Shown piece by piece: positions 53,718 through 63,962 of a DNA stretch of 64,000 nt. The number at the start of each line of letters is the position of its first letter. The stretch's first letter is position 1. The notes beneath the pieces are model-generated. The model did not search any database. It saw nothing but the letters and a program-made list of their open reading frames with translations, and was not told where the DNA came from. The stretch is from Candidatus Izemoplasmatales bacterium (GTDB taxonomy: Bacteria > Bacillota_I > Bacilli_A > Izemoplasmatales > Hujiaoplasmataceae): positions 46,924-110,923 of the forward strand of contig JAQVVR010000006.1 of the NCBI GenBank assembly GCA_028698875.1. The letters are read 5' to 3'. The position numbers were made by a program, and so were the translations under genes.

Positions 53718-54623
53718 ATGGAGAAAAAAAATAATCTAAGGGCATGGCTCTATCTGGCACCATTGCTCATTCTAATGGCGGTCTTCACTTTTTATCCGTT
53801 AATTAATGCTTTTATAGTCTCTTCATACAAAGGATATCTGCCTTTGAGCGGAACGGCCGATGAAATTGATTTCTTTTATAATTTTGGTGTAATTTTAAAA
53901 AATCCACTCTTCAAAAAGGCTGTTATTAATACCTTTATCATTGCTGGAGTATCGGTACCGGTTTCAATTCTATTATCATTACTTATTGCTGTATCACTTA
54001 AATCAATTCCAAAATTAAAAGGGTTCTTTCAAACGATCTATTTTTTGCCATATGTGACTAATACGATCGCTATCGGTATGGCATTTGCCTTTATGTTTCA
54101 CGAGGATTATGGGGTTATTAACCTGATTCTTGGCTGGTTTGGGATAAGTCCAGTCAACTGGCTGGGCGGGACAGCATCGTATGCCGCTCAAATGATTGCC
54201 TTACTAATCCTGACGATTTGGAATGGATTGGCTTTTAAAATCTTAGTATTCACAAGCGGACTAGAAAATATTGATAAGCAGTATTACGATGCGGCAAAAA
54301 TCGATTCGGCATCGAAATGGACGGTTTTCAAACGCATTACCGTTCCTTTGTTATCTCCGCTTATTCTTTACATCTCAATCACATCAGTTATCGGAGCCTT
54401 AAAAGCATATAACTCCGTTGTTGGCTTATTCGGCGATGTAAAATTGGGAGCACAAAACAACTCAATGATTACCATTGTTGCTTTTGTATATCAATATAAA
54501 GACGGATACACCGATAAAGGCTATATCAGTTACGCCGCCGCTGCATCAATTATCCTTTTCTTCATAACGGCTGTCATTTCCATTCTTCAAACAGTCGTAA
54601 GTAAGAAAAGGGTCCACTATTAG
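53718..54623 (+). CDS. ABC transporter permease (UgpA/MalF-like, 6 TM)
   Basis: EAA-loop region (YYDAAKIDSASKWTVFKRITVPL) and 6 TM. Confidence 0.85.
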   Translation: MEKKNNLRAWLYLAPLLILMAVFTFYPLINAFIVSSYKGYLPLSGTADEIDFFYNFGVILKNPLFKKAVINTFIIAGVSVPVSILLSLLIAVSLKSIPKLKGFFQTIYFLPYVTNTIAIGMAFAFMFHEDYGVINLILGWFGISPVNWLGGTASYAAQMIALLILTIWNGLAFKILVFTSGLENIDKQYYDAAKIDSASKWTVFKRITVPLLSPLILYISITSVIGALKAYNSVVGLFGDVKLGAQNNSMITIVAFVYQYKDGYTDKGYISYAAAASIILFFITAVISILQTVVSKKRVHY

Positions 54624-54632
54624 GGGGTGATG

Positions 54633-55568
54633 ACAATGGCAGACATTTATGTATCAAATGTAAAAGCGTATAAAGCCAAAAAAATTGCTTCCAATGTTTT
54701 ACTCTACGCTTTTTTAGTAATAGTAGCGCTTACTATTTTACTCCCTTTCTATTGGATGATTCTTTCATCATTGAAATCAACAGTTCAAATTGAACAGGTT
54801 CCACCGATTCTGCTAATGGCACCATCGGATTGGAAAATTACAAATTACACTGATTTGTTTGTTTTGGTTCAATCGGGACAACGAGCCGGTGAACCATTGT
54901 TTCCTTTCTTCACCTATATGAAAAACACCGTTGTGGTTTCAATTATCACAACAATTGGAACGACAATCACAACGGTTTTGGCAGCTTTCGCTTTTGCAAG
55001 ATTGAACTTCAAAGGGCGGGACATATTATTTGCAATTCTACTAGGCACGATGATGGTTCCGGGAGAGATTTTCATTCTTACAAACTTTGTGACAGTTTAT
55101 CGGCTTGGGTGGTACAGTATTTCAAACCAAACATATTTAGACGTGCTGTTGGCAATGACCATCCCCTTTATGACCAGCGTCTTTTATATTTTCTATTTGC
55201 GGCAGACCTTTAAACAAATTCCCAACGAATTATATTATGCCGCTAAAGTCGATGGAACAACAGACTTTAAATATCTTTTAAAAGTCATGATTCCAATTGC
55301 TTTACCAACCATTATCACGATTATCATTTTAAATTCCATGGGCGCGTGGAGCGCATATATCTGGCCGGCATTGATTTCTTGTAAAGACGAATACCGTCTT
55401 GTCAGCAACGGGTTGCGCGGCGCCTTCACCGACACTTCAACGGGGCGGACTGACTATGGTCAACAAATGGCCGCTTCGGTTCTGGTCACGCTGCCACTTC
55501 TTATTTTATTTTTTGCGTTTAGAAAACAGATTATGCGCGGGGTATCCCGTAGCGGCATCAAGGGATAA
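54633..55568 (+). CDS. ABC transporter permease (UgpE/MalG-like, 6 TM)
   Basis: EAA-like loop (YYAAKVDGTTDFKYLLKVMIPIALP). Start chosen at the second ATG after GGGGGTG. Confidence 0.85.
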   Translation, partial: TMADIYVSNVKAYKAKKIASNVLLYAFLVIVALTILLPFYWMILSSLKSTVQIEQVPPILLMAPSDWKITNYTDLFVLVQSGQRAGEPLFPFFTYMKNTVVVSIITTIGTTITTVLAAFAFARLNFKGRDILFAILLGTMMVPGEIFILTNFVTVYRLGWYSISNQTYLDVLLAMTIPFMTSVFYIFYLRQTFKQIPNELYYAAKVDGTTDFKYLLKVMIPIALPTIITIIILNSMGAWSAYIWPALISCKDEYRLVSNGLRGAFTDTSTGRTDYGQQMAASVLVTLPLLILFFAFRKQIMRGVSRSGIKG

Positions 55569-55620
55569 TTCATTCATTTTGAGTATAAAATAAAATTAAT
55601 AGATATTTTAGGAGGAAAAA

Positions 55621-57249
55621 ATGAAAAAATTGCTTTTGAGTTTTGTCACGTTGTTTTTAACATTTGGTATTCTTGGATGCGTCACGGTCGGGACGACCGG
55701 AGAGTATGTTTATGTACCTGAAGTTATGCTTACTGAACTGCCTACCGAAGATGTTGAAGTTACTTTTTGGCATATTTATGGGGAAGGAAAAACCGCTGTT
55801 TTGGATACATTGATTGCTGAGTTTGAAGCGATGTTTCCTAATGTTACTATTACGGGCACTTCCCAAAGCGACTATACAACATTAAGATCTAAAATCAATG
55901 TTGGCGTTTCTGTTGGCGAAGTCCCAACGATGGCGCTTGGTTATCCCGATCATTATGCGGGTTATGTCAACGCTCACGCGGCCGTTGGACTAGATCCTTA
56001 TATTAACAACACCATTGAATACACCGTGGATAATCCTTTGTCTTCAATTAATGGACAAACGATTACAACATCAATTGACTTAACGGACTTTGTTCCATCA
56101 TATCTTGCCGAAAACAATCAATATGTTGGCGGATATTATTTCTCGGTCCCATTCTCTAAGTCAACTGAAGTAATGGCCGTTAACCGTACGGTATTGAAAC
56201 AACACATTACTGAAATTCGGGCTTTAGGAATTACGATTTCTGATAACGGCTTTTTATCACACACGGTCCCGCTAACATACGCACAATTGGAAGCTTTGAC
56301 CGCAATTCTTGTCAACACTAGCGGAACCGATGTGGCTGCGTACAAATGCCAATTCTTGATGAATTATGATTCCAATGCCAATTTGTTCATCAATATGAGC
56401 CGCCAATGGAACGCGCCTTATACTAACTCGGCTGGTGATATTTTGATTGACAACGATATCAGCAGAAACATGCTAAAGTACATCAACGGTTTGTTCGGAA
56501 CCAACACATTAGTTTTACCAACCGAATGGACCCAATCATATGGATCAACCAATTTCATATATGGCGATGTTTGTATGACCGTTGGATCATCTGCTGGTTA
56601 TAGCTACAACGTTCCTACTTCAGAATATAAAGCCAACCTATTAAAATTTGGAATTTTTGATGTTGACTTTGTTCAAGTTCCACAAATGGTTTTAACCGAT
56701 GCAACAGACGTTGCTGTTACCGTTGACAATGCGGCTGTAACTGTAAATGGCGACTTATCAGCTGTTCAACAAGGACCAAACATCGGAATTTTTGCGAATG
56801 CAACGAGGGCCGAAAAACTGTATGCTTGGCTTTTCATAAAATATTTAATCGAAGCTGACAACACGGCATGGTGGGCTATGAGTACTGGTTATCTGCCGGC
56901 AAGACTATCAGCATTTACATCGGATGTTCCTATCGCAATGACAGGTACATACTCAGTAACTTATTCTAATTTCTTGCAAATCGCTCAAGACTATTGGGCT
57001 GCTGATGGCGACGTTGATTGGCTTACTACCGATGAAAGATGGGATTATCTATACTCATCAATGGCGGCTAATATTGCCAAAAATCAAAACGATTTCTATG
57101 AATATGATCCCGCTTTCTCTGCTGGAGACAATAGTGCAGGATCAGCTACGGCTCGTGAAGAAGCAGGAAACTGTTTAGATGATATTTATAATGGTACGTT
57201 TTCACCAACTGATTCTTTAAATAATATGAAGAGTCTATTAACCTGGTAG
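55621..57249 (+). CDS. ABC transporter substrate-binding lipoprotein (solute-binding family 1, unusually long at 542 aa)
   Basis: Lipobox ILGC|VT, Trp/Tyr-rich periplasmic-binding-protein-like sequence. Directly follows the permeases. Confidence 0.8.
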   Translation: MKKLLLSFVTLFLTFGILGCVTVGTTGEYVYVPEVMLTELPTEDVEVTFWHIYGEGKTAVLDTLIAEFEAMFPNVTITGTSQSDYTTLRSKINVGVSVGEVPTMALGYPDHYAGYVNAHAAVGLDPYINNTIEYTVDNPLSSINGQTITTSIDLTDFVPSYLAENNQYVGGYYFSVPFSKSTEVMAVNRTVLKQHITEIRALGITISDNGFLSHTVPLTYAQLEALTAILVNTSGTDVAAYKCQFLMNYDSNANLFINMSRQWNAPYTNSAGDILIDNDISRNMLKYINGLFGTNTLVLPTEWTQSYGSTNFIYGDVCMTVGSSAGYSYNVPTSEYKANLLKFGIFDVDFVQVPQMVLTDATDVAVTVDNAAVTVNGDLSAVQQGPNIGIFANATRAEKLYAWLFIKYLIEADNTAWWAMSTGYLPARLSAFTSDVPIAMTGTYSVTYSNFLQIAQDYWAADGDVDWLTTDERWDYLYSSMAANIAKNQNDFYEYDPAFSAGDNSAGSATAREEAGNCLDDIYNGTFSPTDSLNNMKSLLTW

Positions 57250-57271
57250 TTTTTCAAAGGAAGGGTTATTC

Positions 57272-58711
57272 ATGCTAAAAAAAATCTTTAGTGCAATGCT
57301 TGGCTTCTTGTTGGTTTTTGTGCTTATCGGCTGTCAGCCAACAGAGGTGGCCTTGCCAGATTTAACCGGGAAGTCACGTGCGCAAATTACGGAAACGCTC
57401 GAAGGACTTAATTTATCAATCAAATATTACTTTGATCTTTCAGTAATTTACGACGAAGAATCCGATTATGATAAATTTGTCCGTTATGGAAAAGACGAAA
57501 ATTCAGTGCAATTGGCTGTTGGTGATATTGTCGCTACCAAAACGGAAATCAAAGTATATACTACGCCACTTAATATAACAATTAACTATCTTTATTCGTT
57601 AAGCGATGCACTATCTTTACACGAAAGTGATTATACAGGGAAAGAATTCATCGCTGATGGTATCGGTGAAGTCACAATTTCCAAACTGGTTGATGGTGAT
57701 ACCACTTTTTTCCAAAGCGACGGGCAATCATATTCGGTCCGCTATCTAGGTATTGACACGCCAGAATCAACCGCTTTGTATCAAGCTTGGGGTAAAGCGG
57801 CCGCCACATATACCGCTGAAAAATTACAATCAGCCGAGAAAATCGTGTTGGAAGCCGAAGGCGATCGTCAAGACGGTAATGACCGTTATCTCGCTTGGGT
57901 TTGGTACCTTCCTGAGGGCGGCGATAAGTTCTTGTTATTGAATTTAGAACTTGTCGAATTAGCTTATTCAAAAAACAAAGTCTCAACTGGTAGTGTTTAT
58001 TCAGATGTTTTAACTTTGGCTGACTGGAATGCTTCCGCAACTAAACGGCGAGTGTGGGGAGAAATTGATCCTAATTACGATTATAGTAAAGAGGGCACCC
58101 AGATGACGATTGCGTTTTTAATGGAAAACTTCGCCGATTATATGGGCTTAAAGGTTGCCATTTCGGGAATTGTCACGGCCAAAATTGGCAATAGTGTTTA
58201 TCTTCAAGATGAATCAGGAGCGGGAATTTACATGTATGCCGGATATACCTCTTCATCCCAACTGCAGATAGGGGCGCATGTGGCAATTGATGGATTAACG
58301 CCAACAGTTTATAGTGGGAGTCCGCAACTAACCAATTTCAACCGGCTTAACCTATCTTTGGTGACCGAATCTTTGATAATTACACCGGAAGTAATCACTT
58401 ACGACGATTTTATTTTCACTAATATTGGCAAATATGTGACGATGAACCAGTTAACCGTCACTGGTGTCAATACTGCGAGAACAAGCATCTATGTTACCGA
58501 TATCGAAGACCATGAGTTTGTTATTAGAATTGATGACAGCACTGGTTTTGATGCGGACGATTTAGGCGTTACCGTTGGTCAAGTGTTAACTGTTACTGGT
58601 CCTCTCGGATATTATGACTATGATTACAATAATGTATTTGAGGGATATAATCACGCACCAAGTAAATTTCAGTTAATGCTCACAGCTAGCGACAACATAA
58701 TTATTGAGTAA
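57272..58711 (+). CDS. Thermonuclease (staphylococcal-nuclease-like, SNase) lipoprotein with C-terminal OB-like domain
   Basis: Lipobox LIGC|QP. SNase core VRYLGIDTPE...DRYLAWVWY retaining Ca-binding and catalytic Arg/Glu positions. The C-terminal VYLQDESGAGIYMY...GAHVAIDG module is shared with the next gene. Confidence 0.8.
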   Translation: MLKKIFSAMLGFLLVFVLIGCQPTEVALPDLTGKSRAQITETLEGLNLSIKYYFDLSVIYDEESDYDKFVRYGKDENSVQLAVGDIVATKTEIKVYTTPLNITINYLYSLSDALSLHESDYTGKEFIADGIGEVTISKLVDGDTTFFQSDGQSYSVRYLGIDTPESTALYQAWGKAAATYTAEKLQSAEKIVLEAEGDRQDGNDRYLAWVWYLPEGGDKFLLLNLELVELAYSKNKVSTGSVYSDVLTLADWNASATKRRVWGEIDPNYDYSKEGTQMTIAFLMENFADYMGLKVAISGIVTAKIGNSVYLQDESGAGIYMYAGYTSSSQLQIGAHVAIDGLTPTVYSGSPQLTNFNRLNLSLVTESLIITPEVITYDDFIFTNIGKYVTMNQLTVTGVNTARTSIYVTDIEDHEFVIRIDDSTGFDADDLGVTVGQVLTVTGPLGYYDYDYNNVFEGYNHAPSKFQLMLTASDNIIIE

Positions 58712-58737
58712 TAAAATTATTAAATAGGAGGAAATGT

Positions 58738-61700
58738 ATGAAACTGATTTTAAAGAAATTTGCTTTACTGGGTCTTCTTTTAACAGCAATCTTTACGGTC
58801 GTAGCTTGTACGCCCGAAGATACATCCGAACAGATGATCTTACTTAACAATGCGTCGGCAGCTATCATTATTGATGGTCAAGACAACATTCAAGGTAATT
58901 TCACTCTACCTGGAACTGTCGGAGGTGCAACAATAACATGGGTGGCGGCAAATCCGACCATTATTGTTATCCCTGCAACCACAAACGCTAACGGATTCTA
59001 TGAAGTCGTTGTCAATCGGCCACAAATAGCTGATGGCGGCGTCGACACATCTGTCGTTTTGACCGCAACACTAACTTATGACGAAGTTTCAATTACCGCC
59101 ACAAGAACAGTCCGAGTCAAAGCTCAAGAACCATCAGAAACTTACACCTCTTTTGCTCTTTTATATGCTGGAGCAACATCTGGTGATACTGTTGAAGTCC
59201 AAGGAATCGTCTATGCAAAATATGCAGCGGGCTATTTCATTATGGATACAGCAGGAATCGGATTAGGTATTTTTACAACCACAGCCAACGCCGCTTTAGT
59301 CGACTATGGTGACATGGTTACGCTCACTGGTGAATATTCGTATTACAACTCATTATTCCAAGTCAAAAATCTTACTTCTCAAGTTATTGACAGCAGTGAT
59401 AATGACTATACAGTCACACCAACGGTTTTGACAGATCCTGCCGATTTGATTGACGTTGACTCAACTGTCAAAGCCAATCACGGCAAAATCTATACCATTA
59501 CTGTAACGCCAACATTGGTTGCATCGGGTGCTTATTTTAATCTTTATTTATACGATGGAACCACGATGATCGCTCGGGTTTATTATAATTCGACCGCCTC
59601 ATCATTAGCAGCATTAACGGAAATGGTAGGAAAACTTGTTACGATTGATGTTGTCTACTATTGTTGGTACAGTGGCAAAGAAGTCTTAGTTGCTTTCGAT
59701 GGCACAGCTGATGATATTCACGAAATCATTTTGACGGAAACGGAAAAACAGACAGCCGATATGAATAATATTTCGGTTATGTTAACCGCTTTGTCAGAAG
59801 GAACCGCAACCCTTCCAGCCGCAGGCGCATATGGATCAACGATTACATGGTCGGTTATTTCCGGGGGGGCAACAATTGCCGATGGAGTTGTCACATATCC
59901 CACTGTTGGTGCCGGTGCTGAGCCAGTTGATGTTGTGTTAGAAGCAACAATTTCCCGCACTGGTTTGACCGATGTGACCAAACAATTTACCATTGAAGTC
60001 AGTCCAATTGATCCAATTACCGTTGGAGCAGTTATGGATTTAATTCAAGCACTGGGAACCGCTTCAAACTCAATTAATGGCGAAGCTGTCTTGATGCAAG
60101 GTACAATCATCGGATTTAAATGGAAATATGAATTTGCTAAATATCAAGGTATGTACGTTACCGACGGAACCGATGTCGTCTTTGTATACATGGAATTTGA
60201 TATAGATGATTATGCTATTGGCGATGTCGTTATGCTTAACGGAACATACTGCACTTATTATTACTTGCCAGAATTCAAAGATGTTACTTTCCAAGCAAAA
60301 GTCGCAGATGCTACGGCAGACGAATTTACTCCACTTGAATTAACGATTGCTGAGATTTATGATTATACCAATATTACTACTCCATATTATAATCAACAAA
60401 TCACAGTAACAGGAACTTTAGTCATTGGAACAAAAGATTCTGAATCCTGGATTATTGATGGCGAAGGAAACAAACTTGTCTTCTCATATCTAGTTCCAAA
60501 CTATACAACAACTGATCTGTTGGATCTAAACGGTATGCAAGTTACCTTCACCGGATTCTTGAATGATTACCATTCAACATATGGGTGGAGAATCACTGGT
60601 GCTAACGCTGTTTTCGAGAATGCACCATTATCAGGACAAGAAGCTCTTGATGCTGATTATGCAAGTTTGTTGATTCCGCTAGAGGCTTTGTCGGAAACAA
60701 CGTATACACTCCCTGTTATCGGTGGATATGATACTGTTATTACCTGGGCGGTTATTTCTGGCGGCGCGACACTAAATGTTGCTGGAAACGTTGTAACTTA
60801 TCCGGCAGTTGCAGAAGGCGTAGATCCAGTTAATGTTGTTCTTGAAGCAACTTTGACATTAGGCGAACTGACACCGATGACAAAACAATTTACTGTAGTT
60901 GTCAGCCCAATTGTTACTATTACTGTTGGCGATGTTATCGATTTGGTTCACGAATTAGGAACAGCATCAAATAGCATTACTGGCGAAATCGTTATCGTTG
61001 AAGGCACCATTGTTGGGCTTAAATGGAAATCGGGCTTCACACAATATCAAGGCATTTATCTATCTGATGGAACCGATGTAATTTTTGTCTATTATGTATT
61101 CAATCCTGGCGATTTTGAAGTCGGTGATTTCATCAATGTGAGAGGTACATATTGCACGTATTATTACTTGCCGGAACTCTCCTCAGTTACTTTCATTGAG
61201 GTAGATGAAAGCGGTACACCAGCAACATATACCCCACAAGAATTGACAATTGAAGAAATTTACAATTACACTAATATTACTACCCCGTATTACAATCAAC
61301 AAATCACTGTTACCGGAACCTTAGTTATTGGTACCAGCGATTCAACTTCATGGATTATTGATGGAGACGGAAACAAACTTGTCTTCTCATATATCGAATC
61401 TGACTATACTACAACTGATTTGCTAGCTTTGAATGGTAAAGAAGTAATTGCCACATTCTTCCTAAATGATTTTCATTCCACACTGGGATGGAGAGTCACT
61501 GGTGATGGCGCAACATTTGTTAGAACACCAGAACAATTGATTATCGATGATATCGCCGAACTTCTTGCTTTAATCAATACTTCCGTTGTCGGCGGCGATA
61601 CACAATTGTTACCAACTGTTGGAACCAATGGCACGACTGTCATTTGGACCGAAGTTAGTGATTATGCTAATATCGCTGATGGCACGATTACCTATTCTGA

Positions 61701-63741
61701 AGTCGCTGAAAGCACCAATGTTGTCTTAACGGGTGAATTTGGCTTCTTAGTTGGTGGCGAAGCCGCAAGAACTTATCGGACTATCACCGTTGTCGTCTCC
61801 ACTTGGGAACAAAAATTAACTGCTGACTTAGCAGAAATCGTTGATCTTGAAGCGGATGAATTTGATGTTATCAATCTTCCAACCGAAGGTACCAATGGTT
61901 CAGCTATCACTTGGGCATTCACTGCCGAGACAGTCAATACCGACGCAACATTAGTTGACAACGTTTTGACTCTGAAGTACAAAGGTGAAGCCTATACCAT
62001 TCATCTGACAGCAACTCTGACAGTTAGTGTGTTAGATCCAGTTACCAAAGACATCGTTGTTAATGTTACGGCCTTAACATTGGTCTTTAACGACATCGCT
62101 GATGGTAATATGAAAACTGATGGCGTTTGGAATGTTCCGAACGGAACAGTAGTTACTTACCGTGGCGTTGTTACTGGATTCTATTATACAAGCGGAACCT
62201 TCATTCAGGATTCCAATGGCAACGGAATGTACTGCTATCATCTTTATAATGCTGAACTAGCAGTCGGCGATGAAATCATCGTTACCGGTACTCTCAAAGA
62301 ATACAATGGTGTTAGAGAACTTGATCCTGTAACCCTAGTTGGCGTCATTAGTTCAGAAAATGAACTATCATATATTACTATGACTCCAGCAGAAGTTGCG
62401 GCGATGGTTTCAACTTATTACGAATATCAAGGACAACTTACAACAGTTACCGGATTAATTGTTGATCACTATTCTGGAACCTATATTTATGTGGATTGGG
62501 CTACTGTTGGAGAAACCCCATATTATCTCTCCTTTAAGTTCCCGACATGGTGGACGGAAGTATATGAGGCTGGAGACACATTACCAGAACTATCGTTTGT
62601 CTTCTATAACATTTTTAATGTAACGACATACAATCTTTGGAACGTTACTTATCCAGCAATGACTGATGAACAAAAATTAGCGGTTGATGTGGATCAATTA
62701 CCGATTACATCAGTTGAAAATCCACTTGAATTGAGTGCTGATTATATTTTACCATTACCAAAATATTGCACATATGATACAATTTCCCCAGCAGTATCGG
62801 AAGGATTAGAAGTTTACGTTACTGGTTATGACACACTCACTCGTACCTTCTTTGTTACTCTTCCGGATGCAGCCGATTTCACAGGAGAGATTACAATTAC
62901 GGTCACTCTAAACGAAACGTTATCACAAGAAGTCATCATTTATGTTAAAATCAAAATGTTGACGGAACAACAAAAACTTGACGCTGCTTTAGCAAAACTT
63001 CCTAGCAATATGTCATTAACCTCTGGATACACACTATCTGCGTTAGATTACAGTGCTGTATACGGAACTGTTGATTACTCGGCAGGACTGGACACTTATT
63101 TATCTAACGTAGCGAACGCTTTCACAGTTCTATCTCGGCCTATAATTGGAGCTGCGGATGTAACAGGTACCATCACTGTTCATGCAACCCTTGGTGAGGC
63201 GACAGGAAGTGTCGTTATTAATGTAATTATTCGAGCATATGCAGCCGATTTAATCATTTCTGAATATATTGAAGGTTCTTCAAATAACAAAGCAATTGAA
63301 ATTTATAACGGAACTAACGCAACGATCATTCTTACAGGATATAAACTTGTTCTTTTCACAAATGGCAGTTCCACAGCAGGAAATACCTATAACTTTGCTG
63401 AAGGAACAACGTTAGCTCCAGGTGAATGCTTCGTTATTGCAAATTCAAGTGCAAATGCAACTATTCTTGCGGCTGCCGATGCTACTAGTACCGTATGTTA
63501 CTTTAATGGTGATGATGCTGTTGTCTTATATAATGGGGACACAGTAATTGACAGTTTTGGAGATGTTGGTTTTGACCCGGGAACTGAATGGGATGGCTCG
63601 ACAGCTGACAATACTCTTGTAAAAATTGGAATTGCATCTGATACAACAGTAGATGATGATTTTATACCTACCGCTTTATGGACGGTATATCCAGTTGATA
63701 CACTAACATATCTTGGTTGGCACGAAAATTATGCTTGGTAG
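58738..63741 (+). CDS. Giant surface lipoprotein (1667 aa): multiple Ig-like and OB-like repeat modules and a C-terminal lamin-tail domain (LTD)
   Basis: Lipobox VVAC|TP. At least 5 Ig-like units with G..ITW...ISGGA...VTYP...V.LTAT motifs. Four or more copies of the a-x-D-x-x-G-x-G-a-Y...GD.V.V.GT..EY.G..EL OB-like motif. An ~0.9-kb internal tandem duplication. C-terminal LTD signature ISEYIEGSSNNKAIEIYNGT...LTGYKL. Confidence 0.85.
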   Translation: MKLILKKFALLGLLLTAIFTVVACTPEDTSEQMILLNNASAAIIIDGQDNIQGNFTLPGTVGGATITWVAANPTIIVIPATTNANGFYEVVVNRPQIADGGVDTSVVLTATLTYDEVSITATRTVRVKAQEPSETYTSFALLYAGATSGDTVEVQGIVYAKYAAGYFIMDTAGIGLGIFTTTANAALVDYGDMVTLTGEYSYYNSLFQVKNLTSQVIDSSDNDYTVTPTVLTDPADLIDVDSTVKANHGKIYTITVTPTLVASGAYFNLYLYDGTTMIARVYYNSTASSLAALTEMVGKLVTIDVVYYCWYSGKEVLVAFDGTADDIHEIILTETEKQTADMNNISVMLTALSEGTATLPAAGAYGSTITWSVISGGATIADGVVTYPTVGAGAEPVDVVLEATISRTGLTDVTKQFTIEVSPIDPITVGAVMDLIQALGTASNSINGEAVLMQGTIIGFKWKYEFAKYQGMYVTDGTDVVFVYMEFDIDDYAIGDVVMLNGTYCTYYYLPEFKDVTFQAKVADATADEFTPLELTIAEIYDYTNITTPYYNQQITVTGTLVIGTKDSESWIIDGEGNKLVFSYLVPNYTTTDLLDLNGMQVTFTGFLNDYHSTYGWRITGANAVFENAPLSGQEALDADYASLLIPLEALSETTYTLPVIGGYDTVITWAVISGGATLNVAGNVVTYPAVAEGVDPVNVVLEATLTLGELTPMTKQFTVVVSPIVTITVGDVIDLVHELGTASNSITGEIVIVEGTIVGLKWKSGFTQYQGIYLSDGTDVIFVYYVFNPGDFEVGDFINVRGTYCTYYYLPELSSVTFIEVDESGTPATYTPQELTIEEIYNYTNITTPYYNQQITVTGTLVIGTSDSTSWIIDGDGNKLVFSYIESDYTTTDLLALNGKEVIATFFLNDFHSTLGWRVTGDGATFVRTPEQLIIDDIAELLALINTSVVGGDTQLLPTVGTNGTTVIWTEVSDYANIADGTITYSEVAESTNVVLTGEFGFLVGGEAARTYRTITVVVSTWEQKLTADLAEIVDLEADEFDVINLPTEGTNGSAITWAFTAETVNTDATLVDNVLTLKYKGEAYTIHLTATLTVSVLDPVTKDIVVNVTALTLVFNDIADGNMKTDGVWNVPNGTVVTYRGVVTGFYYTSGTFIQDSNGNGMYCYHLYNAELAVGDEIIVTGTLKEYNGVRELDPVTLVGVISSENELSYITMTPAEVAAMVSTYYEYQGQLTTVTGLIVDHYSGTYIYVDWATVGETPYYLSFKFPTWWTEVYEAGDTLPELSFVFYNIFNVTTYNLWNVTYPAMTDEQKLAVDVDQLPITSVENPLELSADYILPLPKYCTYDTISPAVSEGLEVYVTGYDTLTRTFFVTLPDAADFTGEITITVTLNETLSQEVIIYVKIKMLTEQQKLDAALAKLPSNMSLTSGYTLSALDYSAVYGTVDYSAGLDTYLSNVANAFTVLSRPIIGAADVTGTITVHATLGEATGSVVINVIIRAYAADLIISEYIEGSSNNKAIEIYNGTNATIILTGYKLVLFTNGSSTAGNTYNFAEGTTLAPGECFVIANSSANATILAAADATSTVCYFNGDDAVVLYNGDTVIDSFGDVGFDPGTEWDGSTADNTLVKIGIASDTTVDDDFIPTALWTVYPVDTLTYLGWHENYAW

Positions 63742-63773
63742 CATTTGCATTATTACAGAATTGCTATAAAACA

Positions 63774-63803
63774 GCAAAAGGCACGGGAAACTGTGCCTTT
63801 TCA
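63774..63803 (+). terminator. Rho-independent terminator after the giant lipoprotein gene
   Basis: AAAGGCACGGGAAACTGTGCCTTTTC. Confidence 0.75.
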
Positions 63804-63962
63804 TATTTGTGAAACCAATTATTATAATCTGATGGCCCCATATAAGCCTTAAATGAGCCTTGATAGATAAAATACCCCCCATTTGTAATGTTGCGTATAA
63901 AAAAATATTAGCATATGTTATAATAATACATAATGCAAATATATAACTAGATGAGGTATATT

